Below are positions 38,501 to 50,050 of a DNA stretch of 64,000 nt, piece after piece (position 1 is the stretch's first letter; the number at the start of each line of letters is the position of its first letter). The notes below the pieces were generated by a model. The model was not told where the DNA came from, searched no databases, and worked only from the letters and a program-made list of their open reading frames with translations. Origin of the DNA: Paraspadella gotoi (taxonomy: Eukaryota; Animalia; Chaetognatha); contig CM119264.1 in NCBI GenBank assembly GCA_051294375.1, forward strand, positions 7,821,301-7,885,300, written 5' to 3'. A program made the position numbers and the translations under genes.

Positions 38501-39787
38501 CAGCTTTAATTTAAAAATATTATAAAACATATTTTACAAAAGTTTTTCAGTTTTTTGCAGCGAATCCAAAAGAGTTTTTAAAATTGAAAAAAATATAATT
38601 TTTAAATTTTATGATTTTATAAGGATATTACTATAAATAAAATTAAATTAATGACACTGTTATGCAAAATATATTTGAAAAGGGGCTTAATTATTTTTTA
38701 TTACATATACATTGGCAGCAAAAAAACATTGTTCCATCGCTCAATCTTTTCATCACTCCACCCTATTGGTCATCCAATGATCGGGATCGAACACGGTCAT
38801 GACTCATATGAGTGATGGGGTAACTCCTAGTTTACTGATAAGTAGATAACACCCCAGCAAGCTGGTAGTAGTAATAAAATTAAAACGATTCAGATGCTTT
38901 GTTTTCAATGAAGAAAGTAGGAAAGAAAGAAAAGAAAAAAAGAGAACAAGAAAAAAAGAGAAGAAAAAAGAGAACAAGAAAAAAGAGAACAAGAAAAAAA
39001 GAAAGAAACAAAAAAAGTTAATAACCGCTTTCATCAACAAAAAAACAAATAGGTAAATAATTCTAAATTTAAAACTAATTCATTAGTGACAAAAATGACT
39101 AAAACAGGGAATTATTTTTCTCCTAAGGGAAAAATATTAATTTTAATTTTTTATATTGGTTGATAAGTAGATAACACCTCAGCAACCTAGTAATAAAAGT
39201 AGAACAAATAACATGATAAAACAAAGGCAATAGTTTTTGATGAATAAATGAATGAATGAATGAAAAAAAAAAGATATAAAAAAAGAAAAGAAATAACAAA
39301 AAGAAAAAAAAGATAAAAAAGTTAACCGCTTTCATCAACAAAAAATCAAAAGGGTAAATAAATCTAAATTTAACGTTTAACTATTTCATTAGGCTAAACC
39401 AATTTACTTAGATTTTACTTAATTTTTCATATTGGTTGTACCAATTTCATATTTACAATGTACCCCGGCAAACGTTTTAGAAAATATCGACAAAAGATCT
39501 TTTTTTAACAATTTAGCATTTTATTTGACTAATATTTATATAAATTTTATATTGGTTGTACCAATTTTATAAAAATTAATATTTTTATTTAAACAAATTC
39601 AGGAATCACGAGCGTGAACGACAAGATATACGTCATTTCCGGTCACGACGGAGAATCCTCGTTCTTTTCCAACGCCGAGGTATACGACATTCCATCGAAT
39701 ACCTGGTCAACTTCCTCGACGAATATACCTGTCGGCAGAAGGCGGTTCGCTTGCGTCTCGGTCGTTTTCCCGAAAATAACATCCTAA
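20789..39787 (+). CDS. Kelch-like protein (BTB-BACK-6 Kelch), CUL3 adaptor family
   Basis: 12 phase-consistent exons: 20789-21035, 21910-22077 ([32 protein letters not shown]), 23569-23801, 24290-24456, 26592-26729 ([12 protein letters not shown]), 27907-27985 (RTRPRKS), 28248-28347, 29465-29662, 30241-30379, 30945-31066, 31445-31699, 39603-39787 ([23 protein letters not shown]). KLHL subfamily cannot be assigned by eye. Confidence 0.92.
22921..23125. repeat. Dispersed repeat, copy 1
   Basis: atagggaa(g/a)ccaggtactctgggagtgaat..aacgagactg..gagtct..atgtcattatcttgtaa is shared with 52016-52140. The tail ataattttatattggttgtaccaatttcat also occurs at ~13327, ~39421 and ~39541. Confidence 0.8.
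25330..25527. mobile_element. Helentron-associated (HINE/DINE-1-like) non-autonomous element remnant
   Basis: (GACA/GACC)n microsatellite, then cttatagagttgc..hairpin..gcaacgaaaaa: an arrangement typical of HINE ends. Boundaries are approximate. Confidence 0.45.
33177..36533 (-). CDS. Nested single-pass membrane protein (~735 aa) with a long disordered Ser/Pro-rich tail; weak KCNE-like TM region
   Basis: Phase-consistent exons 36533-36191, 35827-35769, 35656-35540, 35380-35082, 34920-34823, 34680-34528, 34309-33177. No signal peptide; N-glycosylation sequons (NAT, NET) before the [23 protein letters not shown]. Lies wholly inside Kelch intron 31700-39602. Confidence 0.7.
38836..39375. repeat. 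Diverged ~300-bp tandem duplication
   Basis: gataagtagataacacc.cagcaa and accgctttcatcaacaaaaaa..ggtaaataa.tctaaatttaa each occur twice (~38837/39162 and ~39023/39325). Confidence 0.8.
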
Positions 39788-40358
39788 TCTTGTTGCTCAA
39801 GATGTACAAATAATTTTTGTTTCACTGAATTATACATCTGCTGAAAATTTCGTAATGTGGTTGTTAACGAATAGTGTATTCGGTCAGGTAGAAGTTGATG
39901 CCTGGTTTATGGCGGTATGAAAGGCGGTTGGTAGCTATCCAAGTCCCTAATTATTTAGAATTAGTAAAGGACTTAGGTTAAATAATAAATTTACTGAAGT
40001 ACGTAAAGGTTTTTGGGGGAATTATAAGTTATTTAACTCATAATATTTCTATAAAAATATTTATATTTCTCATTATTATTTTCGACTATTATTGCTGACT
40101 CGATCTAAGCAAAAAGATGAAGCGAATCTATTTAAGAAATAGATGATTTGTTTTTATAAAATTACAAACAGCGACAAAATTCAATCAATATTCCTCAAAG
40201 GTATACAGATGTACAATTAGAACTCGTTTATAACAAAAATGATTTCCAATTAATTCCTTGACTAATTGCTTTTAACAAATACATTCAAGTTAAACATTTC
40301 CAACTCAATCTCGTTGTAAACGAACTCCACTGCAGGTAAAAAAATAAATTTCACCGAA

Positions 40359-41732
40359 TCACAAAGACATCAAAGTGTGCGAGTTTGACTTTTCCGGTGC
40401 GCGATCCGTGGGCGTCGCGTCGGCCCCACCCCCAATCTTCATTTGTGGCGCGTAAACGGATAGCGAGGATCCCGACATGGGCGTTCCGCCGCTTCCGATT
40501 CCGCCTCCCGTGATGGGGGTGAGTCCGGTGTGGTCGCCCATCGTGTCGAAAAAGCTAAGTACCCGCGGCGACACTTTCGGCGTCGAGATAGAGATGCCGG
40601 TGGCCTGAGTGACGCTGACGTCCATGCTCTCGGGGTTGACGGAATCGCGCGGTTCCTGTTTGAGAACCTGCGGTTCCTGCTTCACAACAATGTTCAAAGA
40701 GGTTGGCCGACTCGCAGCTCCAACTGTCGGCATTCCCGGAGCGGAAGTGAGAACGACAGTGGGGGCGGACACAGCAGCAGCGGAGACGGTTGAGGGAGCG
40801 GACTGGGCGGCTCGAGACTGAACGGCTGGAGCCGGACTGGATGTCGAAGTCGTCGAGGAATGGCTGTCGTTGGAGAGATTCCCGCCAAAGTCGGGCTTCA
40901 TATCCGCATCACTGGACAACGTAAGAGGAGGGACATAGACCGTCGGCAAGGTGGAGATGGGGATGCCGCGTTTGCATTGGACCTTGTGGGCCTCCAGGAT
41001 AAACTCCAACTGTTCCTTTTGCTTCTGGAGACTGAGAATCTCGGCGTGGATCTCCTTTTGGATCGATTCAAGCTCCTCGGTCTCCTCCTGCAGTTGCGCG
41101 GTGTGGTCCATCCGTCTCTTGCGGCATTTTGCCGCCGCTAGTTTGTTGCGTTCGCGACGAACTCGCCGACGCTCGGCTTCCTCCGGCGAGAGGTTGGCTT
41201 CGTTTTTAGGCGCTCTAGGACCAGTGTGACGGCGGGGTCCTTGCTTAACGTGAGGCTGCTGCGTGTGTGGCGGCGATGAGACTACGTGCCAGTTGCCGAT
41301 TTGCTCGTGCAAACCGAGCGAGCCGTTGTTCGTAGTAACCATCTCGGGACGCTGGGCGGGCGAAGGATTCAAGCGGGAATGAACTGACGCGGCCCTTTGC
41401 ACGCTTAAATCGCGGGGATAGGCTTGTTCCTGAGGAACGGGATCTATGACGGGAGGCACGAAACCGCTCTGGGCGTGATCGGCTGCGGACTGGGACACAG
41501 GGACAGAGGAGAATTCGATAAAGGTTTGCTCGATGTTTTCCAGAGTCGCCGGCAGAAAAGGCGCCGATCCGCCGACGGTGAGAAAAGCGGAGGGCGTTGT
41601 AGTCAGCGAAATCCCTCGCGAGGTTTCGAACGCCTCGGATTTTTTGGTAGAGTTCCCGAGCCTCTCCTGCCGAGCAGTCACGTTGGAAACCGTCGGAGAA
41701 GAAGTTGAAAAGTTGTCGGAGGTAGAGTACAT
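40359..41732 (-). CDS. FOS: Fos-family bZIP transcription factor, single coding exon (~457 aa)
   Basis: First ATG at 41732 (MYSTSDNF). Motifs: [14 protein letters not shown], b[59 protein letters not shown] and C-terminal TLMSL. Confidence 0.93.
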   Translation of the reverse strand: MYSTSDNFSTSSPTVSNVTARQERLGNSTKKSEAFETSRGISLTTTPSAFLTVGGSAPFLPATLENIEQTFIEFSSVPVSQSAADHAQSGFVPPVIDPVPQEQAYPRDLSVQRAASVHSRLNPSPAQRPEMVTTNNGSLGLHEQIGNWHVVSSPPHTQQPHVKQGPRRHTGPRAPKNEANLSPEEAERRRVRRERNKLAAAKCRKRRMDHTAQLQEETEELESIQKEIHAEILSLQKQKEQLEFILEAHKVQCKRGIPISTLPTVYVPPLTLSSDADMKPDFGGNLSNDSHSSTTSTSSPAPAVQSRAAQSAPSTVSAAAVSAPTVVLTSAPGMPTVGAASRPTSLNIVVKQEPQVLKQEPRDSVNPESMDVSVTQATGISISTPKVSPRVLSFFDTMGDHTGLTPITGGGIGSGGTPMSGSSLSVYAPQMKIGGGADATPTDRAPEKSNSHTLMSL

Positions 41733-41989
41733 TACCACATTCAGGAATCTTCTTTTTACTGCCGAATCGCGGTATTCGGACAAATCCAGCGATCACTTTT
41801 CAAGTTACTGTAGAAGATAATTTTAGAATTCAGTTGAAAATTTTAGTCAATGAGTGAGCCGAGCCCGTCTTGGGTAGCTGCGTGTTTCTCTCTTTCTCGG
41901 AGTGAGTGTGTCTGTTGTATGTTGGCTGAAGCTTCTCTTTCGAAATAAATACGCTGAAACACGGATATGCGGGATGTTAAGAGAACATC

Positions 41990-42360
41990 ATCCGCCAATA
42001 GCCGGCCCCGAATTCGATGTTTCGCCCAATCGCAAGCTCAATTTCTCCTTTTAACGTTCGAGAACGAGTTGAGTTTTTCTGGAATGAGTCACGAGGATGA
42101 CGCATAAGCTTGGTGTCCAATGAGATTGGTTCTTTCGCGAAGTTCTGACGTTTTCTGACGTCAAAATCTCATGATACCTTCGCATTGGCAGGAACCTATT
42201 TGTTTTTAACGTTACGAAGAAAAACTGTCCATTCGGGGTGCTATATTTGGATCCGCGGAAGAAAGGAATCTAATAATATCGATGATATTGTTGAATAACG
42301 TGTTTTCGAACTGTTGTTAAGCATTAGGCAAAAATATAAAAACAGAATACTAAATATGGA
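41990..42360 (-). promoter_or_regulatory. Immediate-early-type promoter cluster upstream of Fos
   Basis: AP-1 TGAGTCA 42085-42091; TGACGCA 42098-42104; TGACG 42146; full CRE TGACGTCA 42156-42163; five CCAAT/ATTGG boxes; one-mismatch CArG boxes at 42241-42250 and 42350-42359. Confidence 0.6.
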
Positions 42361-42508
42361 ACAGGATACCGTTAATCCGCTTTTAAAACAAGCTTTGTCC
42401 GAAGGAAAAGAAATATATTGAAATCTTTTAATAATAACCATACTTATTGGCCAAAAATAATCATAATGCAGAAATGCTTGACACCCCGTTCAAGATAAAA
42501 GAATTCTG

Positions 42509-45500
42509 TTAATTGTCAGACTCCATGTAGCGTTTTAATTTCTCTTCTCCAACTAATACGCGACCCATACCAGGAAGGATTTCACCCTAAAAGAAAATAG
42601 ATAGGTTACGCACTAAATCAATAATAGTGATAAATATGATATACGTCTAGTACCATAATAGAATAAAATGAAATTATTGCAAGAAAGCACCACCATCAAG
42701 ATTTGTTCTTTACTTGAATTGGGCCGCAAGGAAGCACTTCTCCATCCACAGTAAGAATGCCATCAATTAGAGGTTCTAATCGAAAAGCTTTGCAAGGAAA
42801 TATTTCAACATATGGACTGCTGGATAAATTTTCTGGTTGATCCATTTGAGCAAGCATTTGTAAGAGCCCGGCCTGAGGATGCAAATTTTGGTTGAAAACT
42901 GGAGAACAAAATATTACAAAAAGAGGGCTTACTTTTGATATTCCTGCTCTAATAAGGAAAACAAACAACTTTCCGTCATCAATGTCCGCGCCAGTGTACA
43001 CTATGGTTTCGGATGAAAGATGAGAAACGTTTAAAATACTGACACTGACCACGTCTATTTCCATAGTGACCCAATTGGGTGGCGGAGCCTCATCAAGAGG
43101 AGAGAGTTTTGAGGTGTTGAGGTTAATGTCCTCGGGTCTGCGTAACTCGCCGCCAACCCTTTTGCCTTCGCTCAATGAGTTTACTGCGCTAACCGCTTCT
43201 TCGCCGCCGCAGTGTTCAGTCTCTCCGCAACATTCTCCCTCTTCCAAAATTGGTTCCAACCCTTGCAGAGCGTTGGCCGAATACGGAAGCGAATCTGTTT
43301 CGTCGCTTCCGACGAAAGAGTTGCTAAAGTTGCTTATCGAAATCCGGCGCGATGTCGCGACACCATCGTCACTCGATGGGTTTTCATTGTCTGAATGTAG
43401 TTGCCTTTCCGCTATGTAGGCACCAACGCCACTGGGAAGGCTCATGGAAAAATTGAAGGCAGTGTCTGCAATTTGGATCCCGGACGGATTGGTCGGAACC
43501 GACGATGACTCCAACTTGATACAAAATCGAAAATAAAAAAATTAAAAGGTTAACACGGTAGGGATTAGCAGTATTCGACGAAATTTTTATTTTTCTATCG
43601 ACCGAAAAATAATAGGGAATTTGATTCCAAAAAACAAGGCTTTTTGAAATATTTACTGTATGGAAAATACTAAAAAGAAAAATTTTATTTTTTAAATCTA
43701 GGTACTGTAAGGGTAAGTCTAACTAAAAACCGAAAAAGAATCTTTCAAATAAGAAAAATATTGGAATAGTACAGAAAGCAATATTTCTTTTTATTGTTGC
43801 GCAAAAACTAGGCTTTCCTCGCAAAACCTCTGGTTACAGGAGATGCAAATGGATTTTCTCTCAACAAATCGAAATATACCATTTCTGGAATGATGAAAAC
43901 CTGAAAGGTTGATGTCAAGGGAAAAGTTTAAGCTAAGTCGAAAAATTTTTCCAAACTCAGTTTTTTTTTAATTGCAGTTGAAGTTGGTAAGTTGATTTTT
44001 GAGAAAATTTGATAACTTTTGTTCTAATTTTGCAAAATATAAACTCAATTCAAAAATCTATATGTCAAATGATATCAGTAAACCGAGAGCTTTAAATTAA
44101 GACCACTCCCAACTTTCTGCAACTTTTGGCTAAAAAGTTATTAATCAAAATATATTATTTTGCAATTAAAAACTGAGTTTGAAAAAAATTTTCGACTTAG
44201 CCTAAGCTTTTCCCCTTACATCAACCTTTCAGGTTTTTATCATTCCAGAAATGGTATATTTCGGTTTTCTTTTTCCTCCTATAAAAAGAGCCGTGTTAAG
44301 TTAATTACCAAAAGTCAGCAGTTTTATTCTTTCCATTCGATTCCATATCAAGTTACTTAAGACGCAATGCAAGCTAAAAGCTGAAAGAGAGTTCTACCGA
44401 GGCGAAAAAAAATATTATTGATTTTAGCCCATCTGAATATTTTTTTTTATTCCCTGAGTCTTTACAGAAGTTATCCTAAAAAATCTATGCAAAATTGTTA
44501 CAGGCTATCGAGATACAGTAAAATACAGTAAATAATTTAAAAATCCATTACCCATAAATATTATTGGAACTAAACTTTGCCATTGTGTAAAAAGTTATTT
44601 CGATCAATTTTTGTCAATTTCTGAATTTCTGGCTGGGATTCTGTTTTCACATCTATCTTTTTTTCACTTTGACAAGGTATTTTTTTTCAAATTCATTTTT
44701 TTTTGTAAAAAAAAAATGTCTTTCTTAATAACCTTTTGAATCATAATAACCACATATAGTTATAAGCGTTTTAAACCTGAAAGAAAAATTATATATTATC
44801 TATATTTTTTTAAAAGATTATTTTTTTTTACTGCAATATGCAAATGAGATTATTGCATTTTTAGCTTTTTATAACGGAGCATTTGGAAAACTTTTAAGAA
44901 ATCTAACGCATGAGTATGTGAGTATGTGATAAAGCTGGATATAAATTTTTTGATGGACTCGTAGGAGTGGAAAAGAGTTTAAATTAAAAAACCAAAAAAT
45001 ACATGTATTTGATTTTCTTTAAAGTTTCTCTTCAATCTCTCTCTGATTGATTGATTGATAGATTGAATGACCAAATTATGCCAATTGATAGAAATATGCC
45101 AGTTGACCAAATTCTGCAATTGACCAAATTATTGCCATTGACCAAATTATTCCATTATAAATTCTCCAGTACCAATTTGCCAGTTGACCAAATTTGCCAG
45201 TTGACCAAATTATGCCAGTGTGAATTAAAAATTATGCCAGTGGATAAAATTATGCCAGTGGATAAAATTATGCCAGTTGACCAAATTATGCCGGTTGACC
45301 AAATCATGTTAATTGATCAAATTATGTCAGTTGACCAAATTATGTCAGTTAACAAATTATGTCAGTTAATCAAATTAAGTCAGTTGACCAAATTATGTTA
45401 GTTGAGCAAATTATGGCAGTTGACCAAATTATGTCATTTAACCAATTAAGTCAGTTGACCAAATTATGTCAGTTGAACAAATTATGTCAGTTAACCAAAT

Positions 45501-48500
45501 TATGTCAGTTAAACAAATTAAGTCAGTTGACTAAATTATTTCAGTTGACCAATTATGTCAGTTGACTAAATTATGCCAGCTGACAAAATTATGTCAGTTG
45601 ACCAAATTATGCCAATTGACCAAATTATGCCATTTAATTATCGTAGGCAGATCCGACATTGTTTGCTCCAACCTGTTTAATGAAAAGACATCAGTTAAAG
45701 AAAGTCAGTCTTGTATAAGAAAAAGATTTAAAAAATTGGTTTGACCAATGATCATGATAATTATATTTTTGCATAAAAAATAAAAATTTTAAAAAAATGA
45801 AAAACATCAGATTTGGCCCAAAATAATTATCTCCAATCTGATGTTTTGAAAATACAAAATGTTTGCTCGTTTTCTTTATTCTTTATATGAACAAAAAAAT
45901 TCTGCTCTCTTTCAACTAAAAAATTCAATTATTTTAATAAATAAAAATGCCCCGCTTCAAAGTTGTACATATTTTTATTCCAAATTAATCATGGATTATC
46001 ATAAAAATATATAATTTATGGCTACTACCTCCAAATCCATGGGTCTTTTTGTAGAAAAGACATCAGGGCAAAAAAAATCAGGCTTATATGAAAAAATGAT
46101 AAAAAAAATTGATTTGACCAAGGCTCATTCATAATTATGTTTTTGCATAAAAAATAAAAATATCAAAAATAAAAACATCAGATTTTGCGCAAATTGATTA
46201 CCTCCAATCTGATGTTCTTAGAAATGCAAAATGTTTACGCGTTTTCTTTAATTATAATTATGAACGCAAAAAATAATACTTTCAAAAAACTGGAAAATTC
46301 AATTTTTTTATTAAAGAAAAATGTCCTATCATCAAAGTTGTGCATATTTTTTATTCAAATTTATCATGAATGATCACAACAACATAGATTTACCACTACT
46401 ACCCTCCATTTTCGTTTTTTTTCTCATAACAAAGACATCAGTGCAAAAAAGTAAAATATTTGATAAAAAGTAAAAATCTGTTTGTCAGTCCAAATTTCTG
46501 ATATATTAATTGATTATGAACAAGCCCTGATTCAAAATTGTCGCAAAAAATATGTAGAGGTAAGGGCTTGGTCTGCTCTAACAGAATATGTATTAAAAAT
46601 GCGTTTTTTAAACCATTTTGTGACAGTACCATAATTTCGAAAACATACAGTAAAAAAATTTGTCACACTTTTTTTCATATTTTTTTCTATTTTGTTAACG
46701 ATTGGACCTTGTTAATCTTCTCACAGGGAAATGACGGTCCTTCACATTGTAACTGAACCTTCTGAGTACCAAATGGCTGCATAATTGATAATATTGGGTA
46801 AAGGAGTTGTCTCTGAGATCAATAAATTGGTGCAAAAGTAGGCTTGAAACTCCCTTTTAGCTTTTATCTTGCATTGCGACTTAAATCCAAGGCAAAAAAT
46901 TTAAATTTTATATAGTTAATTAAAATTTAAAAATATTTAATTTAAATATTTTTAAAAAGATAATTATATGCAATTATGCATGTAAAAAACTAATTTTCAA
47001 TAACTGTTTTAAATGTGAACCTTGTTATTTCGAGTAATTGAAGTTATTATAATGATTATCAGGAACAGGGGTCTATTTTTTATTAAATTGCAAAGCGTTG
47101 AAAATTAGATGCCGTTGATGACCTATCGATATTAAATTTCGTTGATCATTCAAATTTACAAACCCCAAAATCCGTTCTGTTGGAACGTTTAACGCTGGCA
47201 ACAGTTTGACTGCGAATGCGGCCAAGATCCCCGTCACTGAGATGACGCCGGTTTCTTTCAGGGCCGCTATTTTCGAGCTCAGCTTTTGAATTCGTGGACG
47301 GAAGGTAAGACAACCTGCATCTGTAATTGCGTAAGTCGAAAATTCTTACAAGTCCACCTATAAAATAAAAAAAATTGCATGTCTCTGAGGAGCTTGGTTA
47401 AGGCTGAAAAACCAAGTAGAAATTCATGAAATTCATTACCCAAAACATTACGCACTACTCCTAATTTGCGATATTTTTCCGATTCTATATCGACGTCGGC
47501 GACCAAACCGTAGCAAATTGACAAAAATGAATAAAAGCGGGAAGTCTTAGTTTCCAACAATATTAAATCCAGTGGAGACACCAGCTGCTTCGTCACTGGT
47601 AGAGGAATTTCAATAAGAACAGAACTTCTGGTCAACTATGTGCATTGCGCAACGTTTTAATACCAACAAAAGCTGCGCTCGCGATAAATGCTCCCGATTT
47701 GATAGATTCGCCAGAACGCCACAGAATCGATGCCACCAAAGCGTTTCCTGTCCCGCCAGGGATGAGACCCAGAGGAACTTGAATGGCGCGTCGCCAATCG
47801 GGTCGCTTCATAAGCCCGTTGACAACCTCGAAAATTAATCCGTCCCCGGAGCAAATCAAAATTGATGTCCATTCCTAATCGAATAGGTTATTTTTAAAAG
47901 TCCCAATTACGAAAGTCGAAAGATTGTACTTATTAGTTATTCTTGTTATTATTAAAGCATTTACTTTTGTATTATTTTATATTTTAATGCTTCTTCCTTT
48001 TGGTTTTACTAAAATCTAAAATACTGAAATACGCCAGTATGGTGGACTAAAACCCTCCAACCGTTCATCAGCGGCGATTCGTGCAGGAGGCATTTCATTC
48101 GCCTCCCAATCCAAAGGTCTGGGATTCTACTATTTCTAGCCCGGTGGTCGCCTAGCAGTTAAGAGGGACAGGGGCGCTTAACCCGCCTGTAACACGATGT
48201 TACAGCCTGATCCGAAGCTCAGGGTAGCGGTAGCCGATCAAATTTAAATTTTAATGTGAACAGCATTAAACGAATTCATTATAGGTATTAATTATTGTGT
48301 TAAAATATTTTTTTGCAAAGGCTGAGGCTGCTTATATTGAACGGTTCTGTCACTAACTCTTCACCAGGGAGTAATCACTCCCTTCATAAACATTAAATAT
48401 TTATAATCTTCCATTTTTAATGGCATATTAGGTAAGAAAATCACAATCACGACAACAATAATTGTCGCGTCACCTCTAACCTCCAAGTGAACAGCCTGGA

Positions 48501-49443
48501 TAATTTCTTGTGCGTGTCCCGGTCTTTCAGTGACAATCAAGTTATAATGAATATCAGCTTCACCAAGAATCGGCGCGACGGATTCCGTAAAATACGTCAA
48601 AGCTTTACCTTTGCCACCGTGAGGATTTAGCAGGACAAGAAATCTTTTCTGCCGCAGTTTTAAATCTGGTCCCCGTCCAGGAGGAGCGGCCTGAAACAGG
48701 AAGACTTCGAAGTATAAATTTATTATTTAATAAATGATACTTAATACTTATAAACTCAAACGAACCGCGTATCCTAATTGTGACGTTTGTCCGGAATTAA
48801 CTTTCAATATTGCAGTTTTCCAACGATTGGCGATTTCTAGATTTAAATTAAAAAATTCGAAGCGGTTGACCATAAACGTGAGGGTGTGCCTTTCGCGCCG
48901 TTTCGGCTGCCCGAAATATTTGCGTCGAGGATAAGCAAACACCTAGTGACATGGCGTTTTTTTATATTTGATTGACGCAGAAAACTAAAAAGTGAATGCA
49001 AGCAATCACTTACAATGAAGTAAGCAGCGGGATCTCCAGGATCTTTGCACTTCATTAAGTGACAACCGGCAATGTCATAAACGTCAACCTTGTCGAAGTT
49101 TTAAATTGAAATAAAGAAATGTTGAGTTATGTGATATAATATATGGTTAAACCAACCAATTGGCAAAAACAGAACAAGCTTTTCTATTGTTCAAACCTTC
49201 ATATGCAGGGAAAACTAGGCATTTTTATTTTAGCGTAAAAATTTCAACAATATTATGTTTGTTCTTAACCACATTGCTTTTTTCAGGTCTTACCTCCAGA
49301 GACGTTCTTTGCGCCGTAGACTCTTGCCTCTCGATTCGAAGACGTTTTTCAAAAAGTTTAACGTCGTAAACCTGGCCGGCTCGACCGTACAGACCAAACT
49401 TTTCCCAGAGTAGAGGCTTTGCAGATTTGTTTCTAGCTGACAT
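42509..49443 (-). CDS. SPHK: Sphingosine kinase (SPHK2-like layout: N-terminal extension and central insert)
   Basis: Exons 49443-49294, 49088-49014, 48942-48766, 48690-48481 (VLLNPHGGKGKA), 47874-47664 (CSGDGLIFEVVNGL..PGGTGNAL), 47595-47440 (GLVADVDIESEKYR), 47357-47164 (LRNYRCRLSYLP), 43514-42933, 42872-42714 (KAFRLEP..TVDGE..GPIQ), 42586-42509. Confidence 0.93.
43870..44263. mobile_element. MITE/foldback element with ~105-bp terminal inverted repeats
   Basis: cgaaatataccatttctggaatgatgaaaacctgaaaggttgatgt...aattgca (43870-43976) is the reverse complement of 44161-44263 with few mismatches. No ORF. Confidence 0.85.
45066..45633. repeat. 18-bp minisatellite (cagttgaccaaattatg[c/t]) x ~30
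   Basis: Directly visible tandem array in the large SphK intron; it explains the spurious MPVDQI/CQLTKL ORFs. Confidence 0.97.
45683..46450. repeat. Diverged tandem repeat, ~374-bp period (2 copies plus the start of a third)
   Basis: aaagacatcag at ~45684, 46057 and 46431; shared tttgaccaa..ataattat.ttttgcataaaaaataaaaat..aaaacatcagattt..ctccaatctgatgtt. Confidence 0.85.
48038..48224 (+). mobile_element. tRNA-Gly-like dispersed repeat (SINE-like), copy 1
   Basis: Reverse-complement homolog of 60351-60527. Contains gcggc..ggtcgc acceptor-like stem, ATTCGCCTCCCAA anticodon-arm-like sequence and GGG.TTC. Confidence 0.75.
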
Positions 49444-50050
49444 GCTACGTCTTAAGGTTTCTGCGCCGAAATAAACAGTAGATTTTGTCCGTGTATTTCA
49501 GTGAAAAAGTCTTTTTTTTTTTCAAAAAAATGTCGATTAGTTCACACGACCTTTTTTCAAGTAGTTTAAAAGCCTATTTTCGCGTCACAGTAATAAAGAA
49601 TTTAAAATTAGATTACTTGAACGCGTTAATTACAAATTAAAAAAAGTCGAAAAAATAAACTTTCGCCAAGTTTTTTATTTGCAAAAATTAATAACATGGC
49701 GGAAGCAAAATATCGCATTTAAGTATTTTTGAACGGATTTTTCGAATCAACCAAGTTTTGGGTTTTTTCCCTTCGAATTTCGTTAAATTTCGCGCTTCAA
49801 CAAAACTAAAAGGGTTTGGTTTAAGCGAAGCAAAAGGGAATCGAACTCCGTACTAAGTTATCTCGACAACAGTTGTCTTCGGCGAAGACTTTTCTCGAGG
49901 GGGAACCAAAGCAAAGGTCGCAAATGCGATTTTAAACAAATTTTACGACTGTAGTGGGTTTTTTTAATACGTTTTCATAGTTTTAACAGGAAGAGTAAAA
50001 AAGAAAGGATAATCGTAATGGATATTGCCGTTATTGGATCATAAAGGCAA

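Noticed and set aside
41733-41783. TTG-initiated N-terminal extension of Fos in the ORF track
   Set aside because: A bacterial-style start call; the ATG at 41732 gives a Fos-like MY start.
45051-45744. Repeat-protein ORFs (MPVDQI / CQLTKL)
   Set aside because: Frames of an 18-bp intronic minisatellite with frequent indels and no splice or start context.
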